From: Escherichia coli
GTDB taxonomy: Bacteria > Pseudomonadota > Gammaproteobacteria > Enterobacterales > Enterobacteriaceae
Assembly (NCBI RefSeq): GCF_017348835.2
Contig: NZ_CP071375.1
Length of the DNA: 64,000 nucleotides
Direction: 5' to 3' (one strand)
Part shown: positions 19,648-31,834 of the stretch, in pieces
Position numbering within the stretch: position 1 is the first letter of the stretch
How the letters are laid out: the number at the start of each line of letters is the position of its first letter
The notes under the pieces: model-generated
The model's database searches: none
Seen by the model: the letters and a program-made list of their open reading frames with translations, nothing else
What the model was told of the DNA's origin: nothing
Translations under genes and position numbers: made by a program

Positions 19648-21381
19648 TTAATAACCCGCCGTTAAATCATCCACCGAGCGCGGATCGGATGCGCCGTACA
19701 ACTCACCGTCCGGCCCAACCATAATGCTTTGTGTACTGCCCATCGCCTCTTTCAGCGCCACTTTCTGACCTTTTGCTTCCAGCAGCTTGAGCGTATCCGG
19801 GCTAAACCCTTTTTCGACACGCAGCTCGTCCGGCAACCACTGATGGTGGAAACGCGGCGCATTGGTCGCTTCGGCGACGTTCATGCCATAATCGATGCTA
19901 TTCACCACCATTTGAAGCACTGTAGTGATGATCCGGCTCCCGCCAGGGCTACCGGTGACCAGCCAGGTTTTACCGTCTTTCACCAAAATGGTGGGTGACA
20001 TCGACGACAGCGGGCGTTTATTCGGCCCGACCGCGTTGGCATCACCGCCCACCAGCCCGTAAACGTTCGGTACGCCCGGTTTGGCGGAGAAATCATCCAT
20101 CTGGTTATTAAGCAGAATACCGCTCTCGCCCGCGACAATACCCGTACCGAAGGTGGTGTTCAGCGTATAGGTCACCGCCACGGCGTTACCGTCTTTATCC
20201 ACCACTGAGTAATGGGTAGTTTGATTACTCTCATAAGGCGCAAGCTTGCCAGGGCGAATCTCGCTGGACGGTTTCGCTTTATTGATATCGATTTGCTCGG
20301 CAATAGATTTGGCATAGGCTTTATTGGTCAGCGCCTGCCACGGGACTTTCATAAAATCCGGGTCGCCAAGATATTCCGAGCGGTCAGCGTAGGCATATTT
20401 CTCCGCTTCTGCCATGATCTGCATCGCATCGGCGCTGCCAAAGCCGTATTTCTTCATATCGAAGTTTTCCAGAATATTGAGGATTTGTACGATATGGATC
20501 CCGCCGGAGGATGGCGGTGGCATGGAGTAAACCTGATACCCGCGATAATCGCCGCTTATCGGTGTGCGTTCGACCGCTTTATACGCCGCTAAATCTTCTT
20601 TAGTGATCAGGCCACCGTTTTTCTGCATCTCCTGGGCAATCTGTTCCGCTATCGTGCCTTTGTAGAATTCGTCCGGGCCGTTTTCGGCAATCATCTCCAG
20701 GCTCTTTGCCAGGTTCGCCTGCACCAGCTTGTCGCCCTTTTTCAGCGGCTCGCCCTCTTTCCAGAAGATAGCCTTGCTGTTTTCGTGATTCGGCAGCACT
20801 TCGCTCCCGTAGGTTTTGAGATCGTCAGCCAGCGCGTCGTTAACGATAAAACCATCGCGTGCCAGTTTAAACGCTGGCTGCACCACTTTGTTCAACGGCA
20901 TTGTGCCGTATTTATCCAACGCCAGCGAGAAACCAGCGACCGTACCGGGCGTGCCGGAAGCCAGATGCGAAGTGAGTGATTTTTTGCTGTCCGGGTTACC
21001 CTGATCATCAAGGAACATATCGCGGGTCGCTTTGGCGGGTGCCATTTCGCGGAAATCGATAGCGGTGGTATTGCCATTTTTCGAGCGGATCAGCATAAAA
21101 CCACCACCGCCCAGATTCCCTGCCTGCGGATGCGTTACCGCCAGCGCGTAGCCCACAGCCACGGCGGCATCAACGGCATTCCCGCCCTCCTTGAGGATAT
21201 CCACCCCCACCTGAGTGGCAGTAGCATCTACAGATGCCACCATCCCCTGTTTCGCGCGTACCGGATGGAAGACATCTTCCTCCACGCCGTAAGAAACAGG
21301 AGGCGCAGCGGCGGCGCTAAAACAACTTCCTGAGAGCAGAGCAGCAATGGCCACCCGGCGTAAAAACGTCGGTTTTATCAT
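19648..21381 (-). CDS. ggt: Gamma-glutamyltranspeptidase
   Basis: Track ORF 19648..21408; start set to MIKPTFLRRVAIAALLSGSCFSAAA (signal peptide) at 21381; Ntn-hydrolase. Confidence 0.9.
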   Translation of the reverse strand: MIKPTFLRRVAIAALLSGSCFSAAAAPPVSYGVEEDVFHPVRAKQGMVASVDATATQVGVDILKEGGNAVDAAVAVGYALAVTHPQAGNLGGGGFMLIRSKNGNTTAIDFREMAPAKATRDMFLDDQGNPDSKKSLTSHLASGTPGTVAGFSLALDKYGTMPLNKVVQPAFKLARDGFIVNDALADDLKTYGSEVLPNHENSKAIFWKEGEPLKKGDKLVQANLAKSLEMIAENGPDEFYKGTIAEQIAQEMQKNGGLITKEDLAAYKAVERTPISGDYRGYQVYSMPPPSSGGIHIVQILNILENFDMKKYGFGSADAMQIMAEAEKYAYADRSEYLGDPDFMKVPWQALTNKAYAKSIAEQIDINKAKPSSEIRPGKLAPYESNQTTHYSVVDKDGNAVAVTYTLNTTFGTGIVAGESGILLNNQMDDFSAKPGVPNVYGLVGGDANAVGPNKRPLSSMSPTILVKDGKTWLVTGSPGGSRIITTVLQMVVNSIDYGMNVAEATNAPRFHHQWLPDELRVEKGFSPDTLKLLEAKGQKVALKEAMGSTQSIMVGPDGELYGASDPRSVDDLTAGY

Positions 21382-21500
21382 CGTTATTCTCCAGAGATTA
21401 ATGGGCAACCCCAGCTAAGCCTGGTATATAACTCTGAATTAATCCTGATGATTGCAGGAAAGGAGTAAACTTAAAGAATATCTTCAGAGGAGGATACGCG

Positions 21501-21941
21501 ATGAAACGACTTCTGATTCTTACGGCACTCCTGCCGTTTGTCGGCTTTGCACAGCCCATTAATACTCTGAATAACCCTAACCAGCCGGGGTATCAGATCC
21601 CCAGTCAGCAGCGGATGCAAACCCAAATGCAAACGCAGCAAATCCAGCCAAAAGGGATGCTGAATCAGCAACTGAAAACGCAAACTCAGTTGCAACAGCA
21701 GCATTTAGAAAACCAGATAAACAATAATTCTCAGCGGGTGTTGCAGTCACAGCCGGGGGAGCGAAATCCCGCCCGGCAGCAAATGCTGCCCAACACCAAC
21801 GGCGGGATGTTAAACAGCAACCGTAATCCGGATAGTTCGTTGAATCAGCAGCATATGCTGCCGGAGAGGAGAAACGGCGACATGCTGAATCAGCCCAGCA
21901 CGCCGCAGCCTGATATACCGTTGAAAACTATTGGGCCGTAA
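21501..21941 (+). CDS. yhhA: Secreted Q-rich DUF2756 protein YhhA
   Basis: 146 aa, signal peptide [17 protein letters not shown] followed by Gln-rich low-complexity region. Confidence 0.85.
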   Translation: MKRLLILTALLPFVGFAQPINTLNNPNQPGYQIPSQQRMQTQMQTQQIQPKGMLNQQLKTQTQLQQQHLENQINNNSQRVLQSQPGERNPARQQMLPNTNGGMLNSNRNPDSSLNQQHMLPERRNGDMLNQPSTPQPDIPLKTIGP

Positions 21942-22671
21942 AGTTCGGACCTATCACGTCAATGGCATCGGTACAGATGCAATCCACGCCCCAGCGCAGC
22001 AACTCTGCCGCGCGCTGGGGTTTATTGACGGTATAAACCAGAATCCGTAATCCGGCGTCTTTTAACTGCATCACTCGCGCTTTATCGAGCAACTTATGAT
22101 TGAGATGAATAGAGACGCAGCCCAGCCGCGTGGTCAGTTCGCGCCAGTCGTCGCGCCATTCATCCAGCAACAAACCGCGCGGCAGTTCTGGTACTGCCTG
22201 TTGTGCGGCTTCTAAAGCATCAATCTCAAACGATGACAGCAGCGGCGGCGTCATTCCGGCCCACAGTTCGCGTGCCGCCAGCGCCACCATTTTGCCCGTT
22301 AATGGCCCAGTGCCAGTGGTGGGTTTGATTTCGATATTCGCCATCATCCCATGTTCGCGACAGCGTTCCGCCACCTGCGAAAGCAACGGCAGCGGCTCAC
22401 CTTTAAACGCTTTGCTGTACCAACTGCCCGCATCCACGCGCAGTAAATCCTGCCAGTTCAGTTCACCCGCGACGCCCCAGCCGTTGCTGGTGCGTTCGAG
22501 GTTGTCATCATGGAGCAGAAAGATCTCGCCATCTTTCGATAACTTCGCGTCAAATTCGATCATCTTATGACCGTATTTTGCCCCAACGTCGATTGCCGCC
22601 AGGGTGTTTTCCGGGGCCAGCTTACCGCCGCCACGATGAGCGACGATGCGGGGATAAGGCCAGTTACTCAT
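21928..22671 (-). CDS. ugpQ: Glycerophosphodiester phosphodiesterase UgpQ
   Basis: 247 aa, [23 protein letters not shown]... GDPD motif HRG. Confidence 0.93.
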   Translation of the reverse strand: MSNWPYPRIVAHRGGGKLAPENTLAAIDVGAKYGHKMIEFDAKLSKDGEIFLLHDDNLERTSNGWGVAGELNWQDLLRVDAGSWYSKAFKGEPLPLLSQVAERCREHGMMANIEIKPTTGTGPLTGKMVALAARELWAGMTPPLLSSFEIDALEAAQQAVPELPRGLLLDEWRDDWRELTTRLGCVSIHLNHKLLDKARVMQLKDAGLRILVYTVNKPQRAAELLRWGVDCICTDAIDVIGPNFTAQ

Positions 22672-23738
22672 ACTCGTTGTCCTGTTTCACCATCAAAAAG
22701 ATGCAGCTGATTTTCCGCCAGATGCAGCCACAGCGTGCTGCCTGCCGTCGGGCGCTCCTGATGCGCCAGTCGCACCACCAGCTTCTGTTCGCCCCAGCGT
22801 CCGTGCGCCAGGTTATCTGCGCCGAGGATCTCCAGCGTGTCCATCACCAGCGGAACGCCACCTTCTGCCTGCGAGCTTAGCGCAATATGTTCCGGGCGAA
22901 TGCCGAGAGTCATTTTACGCCCGGCATACTGACGGTAGCCACCGTTTAGCGGCAGCACAATACCGCCGTCCAGTTCGAAATGCGTGCCTTCGTTATTCAC
23001 GCGGCCTGTCAGCAGGTTCATCGCCGGGCTACCGATAAAACTCGCCACAAACAGACTGGCGGGCTTTTCGTAGACTTCAACTGGCGTGCCAATCTGTTCA
23101 GCAACGCCGCCGTTCATCACCATTACTCGCTGGGCGAGGGTCATCGCCTCAACCTGATCGTGAGTAACGTAGAGTGAAGTCGTTTTCAGGCGACGGTGCA
23201 GCTGTTGCAGTTCAAGACGCATCTGTACGCGCAGCTTGGCATCGAGGTTAGAGAGCGGCTCATCAAACAGGAACACCGCCGGATCGCGCACAATTGCGCG
23301 GCCCATCGCCACACGCTGACGCTGACCACCGGAAAGCTCGCGTGGGCGACGTTTGAGCAGGCCGTCCAGCTCCAGAATGCGCGCCGCTTCTTTAACGCGC
23401 TCGGCAATTTGCTGCTTGCCCATGCCGCGAATTTTCAGCCCCCACGCCATGTTTTCTTCAACACTCATATGCGGATAAAGCGCGTAGTTCTGGAACACCA
23501 TCGCAATCCCGCGATCTTTCGGCTCCATTTCGGTCACCCGCTGGTCGTTGATCCAGATATCGCCTTCCGTCACCCGCTCCAGCCCAGCAACCATGCGCAG
23601 CAGCGTCGATTTCCCGCAGCCTGACGGCCCGACCATCACGATAAATTCGCCATCCGCCACATCAAGGGTCAGCGGTTTAATCACCTGGGTTTTGCCATCC
23701 CAGCTTTTAGTTACTGCCTGTAATTTCAGTCCTGCCAT
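22668..23738 (-). CDS. ugpC: sn-glycerol-3-phosphate ABC transporter ATPase UgpC
   Basis: Track ORF to 23777; conserved start [15 protein letters not shown] at 23738; Walker A GPSGCGKS. Confidence 0.92.
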   Translation of the reverse strand: MAGLKLQAVTKSWDGKTQVIKPLTLDVADGEFIVMVGPSGCGKSTLLRMVAGLERVTEGDIWINDQRVTEMEPKDRGIAMVFQNYALYPHMSVEENMAWGLKIRGMGKQQIAERVKEAARILELDGLLKRRPRELSGGQRQRVAMGRAIVRDPAVFLFDEPLSNLDAKLRVQMRLELQQLHRRLKTTSLYVTHDQVEAMTLAQRVMVMNGGVAEQIGTPVEVYEKPASLFVASFIGSPAMNLLTGRVNNEGTHFELDGGIVLPLNGGYRQYAGRKMTLGIRPEHIALSSQAEGGVPLVMDTLEILGADNLAHGRWGEQKLVVRLAHQERPTAGSTLWLHLAENQLHLFDGETGQRV

Positions 23739-23739
23739 C

Positions 23740-24585
23740 TTATTTCTCACTATCGACCAGGCCGCGCACGAAGGCACGCTGCATCACTAAAACAATCACT
23801 ACTGGTGGGATCAGGGTTAACAACATCGCAGCCATCACCGAGTTCCATTCTGTGGTGCCTTCGCCAGTGGCGATCATCCCTTTGATCCCTGCCACGGTGG
23901 TGCCGAGATCCACGTCGGTAATAATCAACAACGGCCACAAATACTGGTTCCAGCCGTAAATAAAGGTGATCACAAACAACGCCGCCAGATTAGTTTTGGA
24001 CAACGGAAAAACGATGTCGCAAAAGAAGCGCATTGGCGACGCGCCGTCGATCCGCGCGGCTTCCACCAGTTCATCCGGTAGGGTCATAAAGAACTGGCGG
24101 AAAAGAAACGTCGCGGTCGCCGAGGCCATCAGCGGCAGCGTTAAACCTGCGTAGCTGTCGAGCATCTTCAGGTTGGCGATGACTTCCACCGTCGGGAAGA
24201 TACGTACTTCAACCGGCAACATCAGGGTGATAAAAATCATCCAGAAAAAGAGGTTACGCAGCGGAAAACGAAACCAGACAATGGCGAATGCCGAGAGCAT
24301 CGAGACGGTAATTTTGCCGAGCGTAATGCTGAACGCCATCACGAAGCTGTTAAGCAACATCCGCCAGAACGGCGCACTATTTGTGCCTACCCCGTTTACC
24401 CAGATGTTGTGGATGTTTTCCAGCAGATGCGTGCCGGGGATGAGCGTCATCGGCGCGGCGTAGACGGCCTGTTTATCCAGCGTCGCCGCGACAAACGCCA
24501 CGTACAGCGGGAAGAGGATCACCGCGATCCCGAGGATCAGCATGGTATGGCTGAATATCGTCAGCCACGGACGGTTCTCAATCAT
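23740..24585 (-). CDS. ugpE: sn-glycerol-3-phosphate ABC transporter permease UgpE
   Basis: 281 aa multi-TM ORF. Confidence 0.93.
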
Positions 24586-25469
24586 TGGTAACGCACCTTG
24601 CTTTCAACATAGCGGAACTGCACCACCGTCAGCACGATGACGAGGAACATCAACACCACCGACTGTGCGGCAGACGAAGCCAGATCCAGTCCGGTAAAGC
24701 CTTCGCGGTAGATCTTATAAATCAGCGTCGTGGTGGCCTGAACCGGCCCGCCGGACGTGGCGGCGTCGATCACCGGGAAGGTGTCGAAGAAGGCATACAC
24801 CAGGTTCACTACCAGCAGGAAGAAACTCACCGGGGCGATAAGCGGCAGCGCAATCTTAAAGAAGCGGCGAATCGGCCCTGCACCGTCGATGGCTGCGGCT
24901 TCGATCAACGAACGGGGAATGGATTGCAGCGCGGCATAGAAGAACAGGAAGTTGTAGCTGATTTGCTTCCACACCGAGGCAAACACCACCAGAAACATTG
25001 CCTGACCGCTGTTTTGTGCGTGGTTCCAGTCGTAGCCGAACTCAGCGAGAAAATGGGTGATCAGCCCGCGACCGGGGTTAAACAGGAAGATCCACAATAC
25101 GGCGGCAACGGCGGGAGCCACGGCATACGGCAGCAGCATCAAGGTTTGATAGAAACGACTGCCGCGCACGATGTACTCCACCAGCGCCGCAAAGAACAGC
25201 GATACCAGCAAACCGCTGACGGTGACAAAGGTGCTGAATTTAATCGTCGTCCAGAAGGAGTCGATATAGTAGCTGTCATGAAACAGCGCGACGAAGTTAT
25301 CCAGGCCGACAAACTGGCTGGAGAAACCAAACGGATCGACGCTTTGCAGCGAGTACCACAACGCTTCGCCCGCAGGCCAGATAAAAAAGATAACGGTGAT
25401 GATGAGCTGCGGCGCGACCAGCAAATAAGGCAGCCAGCGCGAGCGGAACACCAGACGGGATGATGACAT
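24582..25469 (-). CDS. ugpA: sn-glycerol-3-phosphate ABC transporter permease UgpA
   Basis: 295 aa multi-TM ORF, overlaps ugpE start. Confidence 0.93.
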
Positions 25470-25566
25470 TACGGTTAATTCCTGAACTGTGCCGGATGCG
25501 CTTCGCTTATCCGGCCTACACGCGATGCCAGGTCAGATAAGCGAAACGCATCCGACATTACACTGA

Positions 25567-26883
25567 TTAAGACTTCGTCGATTTCTCAAAGCGGCGCAGC
25601 AACTGATTTCCACGCTCAACGGCGGTATCCAGTGCCTGCTGTGGTGTCTTCTTACCGGTCCACACGCTCTCCAGCTCTTCATCCACAATCACGCGGATCT
25701 GCGGCATGTTGCCCAGACGCAGACCTTTGGTGAACGGCAACGGCGGCTTGTTCAGCATCTGACGCGTCGCGGTATCCGCCCCTGGGTTTTTCTCGTAAAA
25801 GCCCTGCTCACGAGTCAGGTCATACGCCGCTTTGGTGATTGGCAGATAACCGGTTTTCTGATGCCACTCGGCAGCATTTTCTGGCTTCGCGAGGAAGTCG
25901 AGGAACTTCGCCACACCTGTATACGTTTCTTTATCTTTGCCCTGCATCACCCACAGGCTGGCTCCGCCGATAATGGCATTTTGTGGCGCATCTTTCGCAT
26001 CAGCGTCGTAAGGCATCATGCCTACGCCGTAGTTAAATTTGGCGTACTCGCGAATGTTGGCAAGAGAACCGGAAGAGGCGGTCGTCATCGCGCAATCACC
26101 GTTATAGAACTTCTCGGTGGATTCATCCTTACGCCCGACGTAGCTGAAATCGCCCTTCTTGTTCATATCTTCGAGCATGGCGATGTGTTTCACCTGCTCC
26201 GGCTTGTTGAACTCCAGCACCGCATCCGTGCCGTCAAAGCCGTTGTTTTTGCTGGCAAACGGCAGACCGTTCCAGGCGCTAAAGTTTTCCAGTTGGATCC
26301 AGCCCTGCCAGCCGCTGGCGTAGCCGCACTTCATTCCGGAGGCTTTCAGTTTTGCAGAATAGTCCGCCAGATCCTGCCAGGTTTTCGGCGGCTGTTCCGG
26401 GTCTAATCCTGCTTTCTTGAAGGCGTCTTTGTTGTAATAGAGAACGGGGGTCGAGCTGTTGAATGGCTGGGAGAGTAAGTGGCCCGTTTTGCTGTCGGAG
26501 TAGTAACCGGAAACCGTCGGCACAAACTGCGACTCATCGAATTGAATCCCCGCCTCTTTAAACACGTCATATACCGGTTTAATGGCATTCGACGCCATCA
26601 TGGTGGCGGTGCCAACTTCATAAACCTGCAAAATAGCCGGAGCATTGCCGGTACGAAATGCGGCAATCCCCGCGCTTAAATTCTGTTCGTAGTTGCCTTT
26701 ATAGGTCGGTACAATTTTGTAATCCGGGTTTTCGGCGTTAAAACGTTGGGCCAGAGAATCCACCTCTTTACCCAGTTCCCCTTCCATAGAATGCCAGAAC
26801 GGAATGGTTGTCACTGCCTGTGCATTCCCCATTAACGCCAGTCCGAGCGCCAGTGCTGAAGCTGTATAATGTAACGGTTTCAT
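25567..26883 (-). CDS. ugpB: sn-glycerol-3-phosphate periplasmic binding protein UgpB
   Basis: 438 aa with signal peptide [23 protein letters not shown]. Confidence 0.93.
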   Translation of the reverse strand: MKPLHYTASALALGLALMGNAQAVTTIPFWHSMEGELGKEVDSLAQRFNAENPDYKIVPTYKGNYEQNLSAGIAAFRTGNAPAILQVYEVGTATMMASNAIKPVYDVFKEAGIQFDESQFVPTVSGYYSDSKTGHLLSQPFNSSTPVLYYNKDAFKKAGLDPEQPPKTWQDLADYSAKLKASGMKCGYASGWQGWIQLENFSAWNGLPFASKNNGFDGTDAVLEFNKPEQVKHIAMLEDMNKKGDFSYVGRKDESTEKFYNGDCAMTTASSGSLANIREYAKFNYGVGMMPYDADAKDAPQNAIIGGASLWVMQGKDKETYTGVAKFLDFLAKPENAAEWHQKTGYLPITKAAYDLTREQGFYEKNPGADTATRQMLNKPPLPFTKGLRLGNMPQIRVIVDEELESVWTGKKTPQQALDTAVERGNQLLRRFEKSTKS

Positions 26884-27001
26884 CGTTTATCTCTCTTGTT
26901 GTACCGAATGCGCGAATTCACGCGTTTTATGCTCGCGGGGTAACATGAAATGCTCGAATTACAGAAAAATAACTTTTTTGTTACATTTGTAAGATAGTAA
27001 G

Positions 27002-27019
27002 GTGTCAGAAAGATGACAA
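27002..27019 (-). promoter_or_regulatory. Pho box (PhoB binding site) upstream of ugpB
   Basis: Minus-strand TTGTCAT-CTTT-CTGACAC matches Pho box consensus CTGTCAT-N4-CTGTCAC about 120 bp upstream of ugpB start. Confidence 0.6.
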
Positions 27020-27081
27020 GGCGGTGACGGTACGGGTGAGGGAAAATGGGAGAAGGGGCACGGATATCCCGAGAATGCACT

Positions 27082-27113
27082 GAAAAGAGGCGATTAACGG
27101 CCAGCTAATCGCC
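27082..27113 (-). terminator. Intrinsic terminator 3' of the PLDc_N/TPR gene (ggcgatta...taatcgcc stem + U-tract)
   Basis: 8-bp inverted repeat followed on the minus-strand RNA by UCUUUUC. Confidence 0.5.
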
Positions 27114-27242
27114 AGAACTCCTTACCATGAAGAGCAAAAATGGCAGCAAATTCTGCGTCCAGTTTTGCTGCCCGATGAGAGCTACATTTTTCAATTTTAA
27201 CAAAAGATTGCCGCGACACTGGTCTAACGGCAAAGAAGATTT

Positions 27243-27989
27243 TCATTGCACCACACTCTGCTTCAACCATTCATTGGCGGTCTTAATCCATTCCCGGTGG
27301 TGTTTTCTATAATGAGGTCTTGAGCGTTTAGCCGTATCAACTACAGCAACATACTGCTCGTTGGCTTCACGTAACCGACTCATTTTCGCCAACATTTCCG
27401 CATAGTAAATACGCGCCTGCGGGCCGGGGTAATAAGAAATCAATACTTCAAACTCGCTTTCCGCATCAGCGTATTTTTCTTGTGCGGCTAACGTTCTGGC
27501 AAATAACAAATGCCCGTCTGCCGACTGAAAATCAGGGTTATAACGCATCACATCTTCCAGCGTCTGCTGACAGGCGGCGAACTCCTGAATAGCAAACTGT
27601 GCCTGCGCCAGGCTTAGCATCATTGCCGCTTCATGGGCGAATATCCCGCTTAACGCCTGCTGATAATGGGGAACAGCTTCGTGATAACGCCCCAGGCGCG
27701 CCAGTTCATTAGCCAACGCATAATGGTTTTGATTCGTCTCGGCAATCGCCAGTTCTTCGGTTAATTTGCGCAGGTGGCGCTCAGGGTTGAGTTTGTCCTG
27801 CAGGCGCATCAGCAAAGTATGCCCGTGACGGTCAGCGCCCGTTTCAGGCAGCATCACTATGACGAAATACGCCACGCAGCCAATCACCGGAAAACAGAAA
27901 ATGATAAAAATCCAGTACCGCTCTTGTCCGGTACGGTAAGCGTGAATACAGCAAAGCAGTTCAAGCATGACAACAACGGCATAATGCAT
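27243..27989 (-). CDS. Membrane-anchored protein: N-terminal PLDc_N-like two-helix domain + TPR-like repeats
   Basis: 248 aa ORF; N-terminus YWIFIIFCFPVIGCVAYFVIVM resembles the PLDc_N small membrane domain; remainder has TPR-like helical repeats; sits between ugpB and livF. Confidence 0.65.
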   Translation of the reverse strand: MHYAVVVMLELLCCIHAYRTGQERYWIFIIFCFPVIGCVAYFVIVMLPETGADRHGHTLLMRLQDKLNPERHLRKLTEELAIAETNQNHYALANELARLGRYHEAVPHYQQALSGIFAHEAAMMLSLAQAQFAIQEFAACQQTLEDVMRYNPDFQSADGHLLFARTLAAQEKYADAESEFEVLISYYPGPQARIYYAEMLAKMSRLREANEQYVAVVDTAKRSRPHYRKHHREWIKTANEWLKQSVVQ

Positions 27990-28107
27990 GGGAGGGAACC
28001 TTTCCGTGGCAAATAAGTGGTCTGGTTTTAATCCTCCCGGTCAGTTGAAACAAGTCTGTATACGGACGAATAACCCGGCAGAACTTAGCTGCCGGGTTAT
28101 CGATAAT

Positions 28108-28821
28108 TTACCCGCCTAAATACGCACTTCTCACTGCTTCGTTCGCCAGCAGCGCATCGCCGGTATCGGAGAGCACAACATGGCCGTTTTCCAGCACGTA
28201 GCCGCGATCAGCGAGCTTCAGCGCCTGGTTGGCGTTCTGCTCGACGAGGAAGATAGTCATCCCCTGCTCGCGCAGCTGCTCGATGGTGTCGAAAATTTGC
28301 TGGATGATAATCGGCGCAAGACCGAGCGATGGCTCATCAAGCAACAACAAACGCGGGTTGCTCATCAGCGCGCGACCAATCGCCAGCATCTGCTGTTCAC
28401 CGCCGGACATGGTGCCTGCCCGCTGAACACGGCGCTCATGCAGACGCGGGAACAGTTCATACACCCACTTTATGCGCTCCTGGAACTGGTCGCGTTCGGC
28501 AAAGAAGCCGCCCATCGCCAGGTTCTCTTCCACCGTCATCCGCGAGAAGACGCGACGCCCTTCCGGGACAATCGCTACCGCTTCGCGCATGATTTTCGCC
28601 GTCTGCCAGTCGGTAATGTCTTTATCATCAAACACAATTCGCCCGCTGGTGGCGCGTGGATCGCCGCATAATGTGCCAAGCAAGGTGGTTTTCCCCGCCC
28701 CGTTCGCGCCAATGAGGGTGACAATCTCACCCTGATTGATATGCAGGCTCACCTCATGCAGCGCCTGGATTTTGCCGTAGTGGGCGCTGACTTTGTCAAA
28801 GGACAACATGACTTTTTCCAT
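28108..28821 (-). CDS. livF: Branched-chain amino acid ABC transporter ATPase LivF
   Basis: Track ORF to 28833 (GTG); conserved start MEKVMLSFDKVSAHYGKIQALH at 28821. Confidence 0.92.
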   Translation of the reverse strand: MEKVMLSFDKVSAHYGKIQALHEVSLHINQGEIVTLIGANGAGKTTLLGTLCGDPRATSGRIVFDDKDITDWQTAKIMREAVAIVPEGRRVFSRMTVEENLAMGGFFAERDQFQERIKWVYELFPRLHERRVQRAGTMSGGEQQMLAIGRALMSNPRLLLLDEPSLGLAPIIIQQIFDTIEQLREQGMTIFLVEQNANQALKLADRGYVLENGHVVLSDTGDALLANEAVRSAYLGG

Positions 28822-28822
28822 C

Positions 28823-29590
28823 TTATGCCTCACCTAAATAGGCACGGATCACGTCCGGGTTATTACGGATTTGCTCCGGCGTACCGTTTGCCAGCGGCGT
28901 CCCCTGATTGACCACGTAAATTCGGTCCGAAATTCCCATCACCAGCTTCATATCGTGTTCAATCAACAAGATAGTGGTGTTGTGATGATTGCGCAGTTCG
29001 GCAATCAGCTCATCCAGCTCTTTCGTTTCTTTCGGGTTAAGACCTGCCGCAGGTTCGTCGAGCATTAAAATCTCCGGCTGCGTCACCATGCAGCGGGCGA
29101 TCTCCAGACGGCGCTGGTCACCGTAGGCCAGGTTACTCGCCTGACGGTTGGCGTGTTCCAGCAAACCAATGCGCTCAAGCCAGGTGGCGGCGCGGTCGAG
29201 CGCTTCACTTTGGGCGCGACGGAAAGACGGCGTTTTCAACAGGCCTGAGAACAGCCCGGTTTTCAGTTGCTGATGCTGCGCCACCAGCAGGTTTTCAATT
29301 ACTGTCATTTCACGGAACAGACGCACATGCTGGAAGGTACGCACCACGCCCATGCGGGCGATTTGCTGCCCCGGCAAACCCTCCAGATGCTGATCGCGCA
29401 GTAAAATAGTGCCGCCGGTGGGTTTGTAGAATCCGGTCAGGCAGTTGAAGACCGTCGTTTTTCCGGCACCGTTAGGGCCGATTAACGAGACGATCTCCTG
29501 CGGGTACAGTTCGAGATTGACGTTGTTCACCGCCAGCAGGCCGCCGAAGCGCATCATCAGGCCGTTAACAGATAATAATGGCTGACTCAT
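28823..29590 (-). CDS. livG: Branched-chain amino acid ABC transporter ATPase LivG
   Basis: 255 aa, Walker [10 protein letters not shown]. Confidence 0.93.
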   Translation of the reverse strand: MSQPLLSVNGLMMRFGGLLAVNNVNLELYPQEIVSLIGPNGAGKTTVFNCLTGFYKPTGGTILLRDQHLEGLPGQQIARMGVVRTFQHVRLFREMTVIENLLVAQHQQLKTGLFSGLLKTPSFRRAQSEALDRAATWLERIGLLEHANRQASNLAYGDQRRLEIARCMVTQPEILMLDEPAAGLNPKETKELDELIAELRNHHNTTILLIEHDMKLVMGISDRIYVVNQGTPLANGTPEQIRNNPDVIRAYLGEA

Positions 29591-30864
29591 GCCTGCTCTC
29601 CTTTCGCTGCGCCGTTTTTCAGCTTCAGTTGCGGGCGCGTCATGGGCAGCAAGCCCTGCGGACGCCAGATCATCATCAGCACCATCAAACCACCGAGCAT
29701 TAACATGCTGTATTCGTTGAAATCACGCATCAACTCGCGCGATACCACCAGCAGAACAGCCGCCAGAATCACTGCAAATTGCGAGCCCATACCGCCGAGC
29801 ACCACTATCGCCAGTACAAAGGCTGATTCGGCAAAGGTGAAGGATTCCGGGCTGACAAAGCCCTGGCGCGCAGCAAACAGCGTTCCGGCAAAACCGGCAA
29901 ACGCGGCGCTGATGGTAAAGGCAGTCAGCTTGATACGACGCGGGCTTAAGCCCAGCGAACGGCAGGCGATCTCGTCTTCACGCAACGCTTCCCACGCACG
30001 CCCCAGCGGCATCCGCAGCAGGCGGTTAATGACAAACAGGCTTAACACCACCAGCAGCAACGCCACCAGGTAGAGGAAGATGACGCGATCGGAGGGATCG
30101 TATTTCAGGCCAAAGAAATTACTGAACGTGTCCCAGCCGCCTTCGCGGGCGGTACGGCTGAACTCAAGGCCGAAGAAAGTCGGTTTCGGGATCTGACTGA
30201 TACCGTTCGGGCCGCCGGTAATTTCGGTGTTATTGAGCAGCAATATGCGCACAATTTCGCCGAAACCGAGGGTAACGATCGCCAGATAGTCACCGCGCAG
30301 ACGCAGCACCGGAAAGCCGAGCAGGAAGCCCGCCGCCGCCGCCATTAACCCGGCAATCGGCAGACAGGTCCAGAAGCCCAAACCGTAATAGTGATTGAGC
30401 AGCGCAAAAGTGTAAGCGCCGATGGCGTAAAAGCCGCCGTACCCCAGCACCAGCAGACCAGAAAGACCAACAACCACGTTCAGCCCGAGTCCGAGGATAA
30501 TGTAGATCATGGTCAGGGTGGCGATATCCACCGTCCCGCGTGAGACCATAAACGGCCACGCCACCGCAAGCACCAGCAGCGCCACGAGAAACAGCTTTTG
30601 CTTCACCGTGGAGCCATCAATGGCGGGCAGAATAAACTTCGGTCCGGAAACGCTTTTCAACCCTTTCTGGAAAGCCGGTCGCAAAAGCTGGAAGAAAAAG
30701 ACCACCGCCGTGCCGATAAACACCCACTGCCAACGGATGTCTGAAGCCGTGTCGACCACCAGTTTGGTGCCATCCAGCTCCAGTTGTACGCCCATAAAGA
30801 CGCCCGCCAGGACAAAAAACATCGCGGCAGAGAGCAACGCCATTGCAATATGCATCGGTTTCAT
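29587..30864 (-). CDS. livM: Branched-chain amino acid ABC transporter permease LivM
   Basis: 425 aa multi-TM ORF. Confidence 0.93.
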   Translation of the reverse strand: MKPMHIAMALLSAAMFFVLAGVFMGVQLELDGTKLVVDTASDIRWQWVFIGTAVVFFFQLLRPAFQKGLKSVSGPKFILPAIDGSTVKQKLFLVALLVLAVAWPFMVSRGTVDIATLTMIYIILGLGLNVVVGLSGLLVLGYGGFYAIGAYTFALLNHYYGLGFWTCLPIAGLMAAAAGFLLGFPVLRLRGDYLAIVTLGFGEIVRILLLNNTEITGGPNGISQIPKPTFFGLEFSRTAREGGWDTFSNFFGLKYDPSDRVIFLYLVALLLVVLSLFVINRLLRMPLGRAWEALREDEIACRSLGLSPRRIKLTAFTISAAFAGFAGTLFAARQGFVSPESFTFAESAFVLAIVVLGGMGSQFAVILAAVLLVVSRELMRDFNEYSMLMLGGLMVLMMIWRPQGLLPMTRPQLKLKNGAAKGEQA

Positions 30865-31787
30865 ACTTTCTCTACCTCCGGGCGACCCAGAATACCGGTC
30901 GGCATCACCAGCAGCACCAGAATCAGCAAGGCGAATGAGACCACATCTTTATATTCCGTACTCAGATAGGCAGAAGAGAGCGCCTCCGCAATCCCCAGGA
31001 TCAGCCCGCCAATCATCGCTCCCGGAATGCTGCCAATCCCACCGAGCACCGCCGCGGTAAAGGCTTTCATCCCGGCCATAAAGCCGATATAGGGGTTAAT
31101 GACGCCGTAGAACTGACCGAGCAGTACACCGGCCACCGCCGCCATCGCTGCGCCAATTACAAAGGTCAGCGCAATCACCCGGTCGGTGTTAATGCCAAGC
31201 AGACTCGCCATTTTCAGATCTTCGGCGCAGGCACGACACGCGCGCCCCATGCGGGAATAGCGAATGAAAATCGTCAGCGCCAGCATGGCGAGGAAGGTGA
31301 CAATCCAGATCACCGCCTGCATGGTGGTAATAGAGGCAGAGAAGTTTTCGCTATGACCCACTACCCACTGACCATTAAACAAGCTGGGCAGCGCCACGTC
31401 GCGCGAACCTTCAGTCAGGCTGACGTAGTTTTGCAGGAAGATGGACATACCGATTGCCGAGATGAGTGCAATCAGGCGCTTAGAGTTACGCACCGGGCGG
31501 TAAGCCACCCGTTCGATACTCCAGCCGTAGGCGCTGGCAATGACGATTGCGCCGACGAATCCCGCCGCTACCAGCAGCCAGCCGGTATCAATGCCCATCA
31601 TCATCAGTGCGGCGATGATCATAAATGAGACGTAGCTGCCGATCATGTAAACCTCGCCGTGGGCGAAGTTGATCATGCCGATAATGCCGTAAACCATGGT
31701 GTAGCCGATGGCAATCAGCGCGTAAGTACTGCCCAGCGTGACGCCGTTAAACATCTGCTGCAAGAAATACAAAAACTGCTCAGACAT
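30861..31787 (-). CDS. livH: Branched-chain amino acid ABC transporter permease LivH
   Basis: 308 aa multi-TM ORF. Confidence 0.93.
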   Translation of the reverse strand: MSEQFLYFLQQMFNGVTLGSTYALIAIGYTMVYGIIGMINFAHGEVYMIGSYVSFMIIAALMMMGIDTGWLLVAAGFVGAIVIASAYGWSIERVAYRPVRNSKRLIALISAIGMSIFLQNYVSLTEGSRDVALPSLFNGQWVVGHSENFSASITTMQAVIWIVTFLAMLALTIFIRYSRMGRACRACAEDLKMASLLGINTDRVIALTFVIGAAMAAVAGVLLGQFYGVINPYIGFMAGMKAFTAAVLGGIGSIPGAMIGGLILGIAEALSSAYLSTEYKDVVSFALLILVLLVMPTGILGRPEVEKV

Positions 31788-31834
31788 AAGGTAACCTTTC
31801 TAAACCCGCCCGCATTTCACGGGCGGTGGGATTT

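Noticed and set aside
24585-25463. 292-aa plus-strand ORF overlapping ugpA
   Set aside because: Antisense shadow ORF, Arg/Gln/His-rich with no domain-like pattern.
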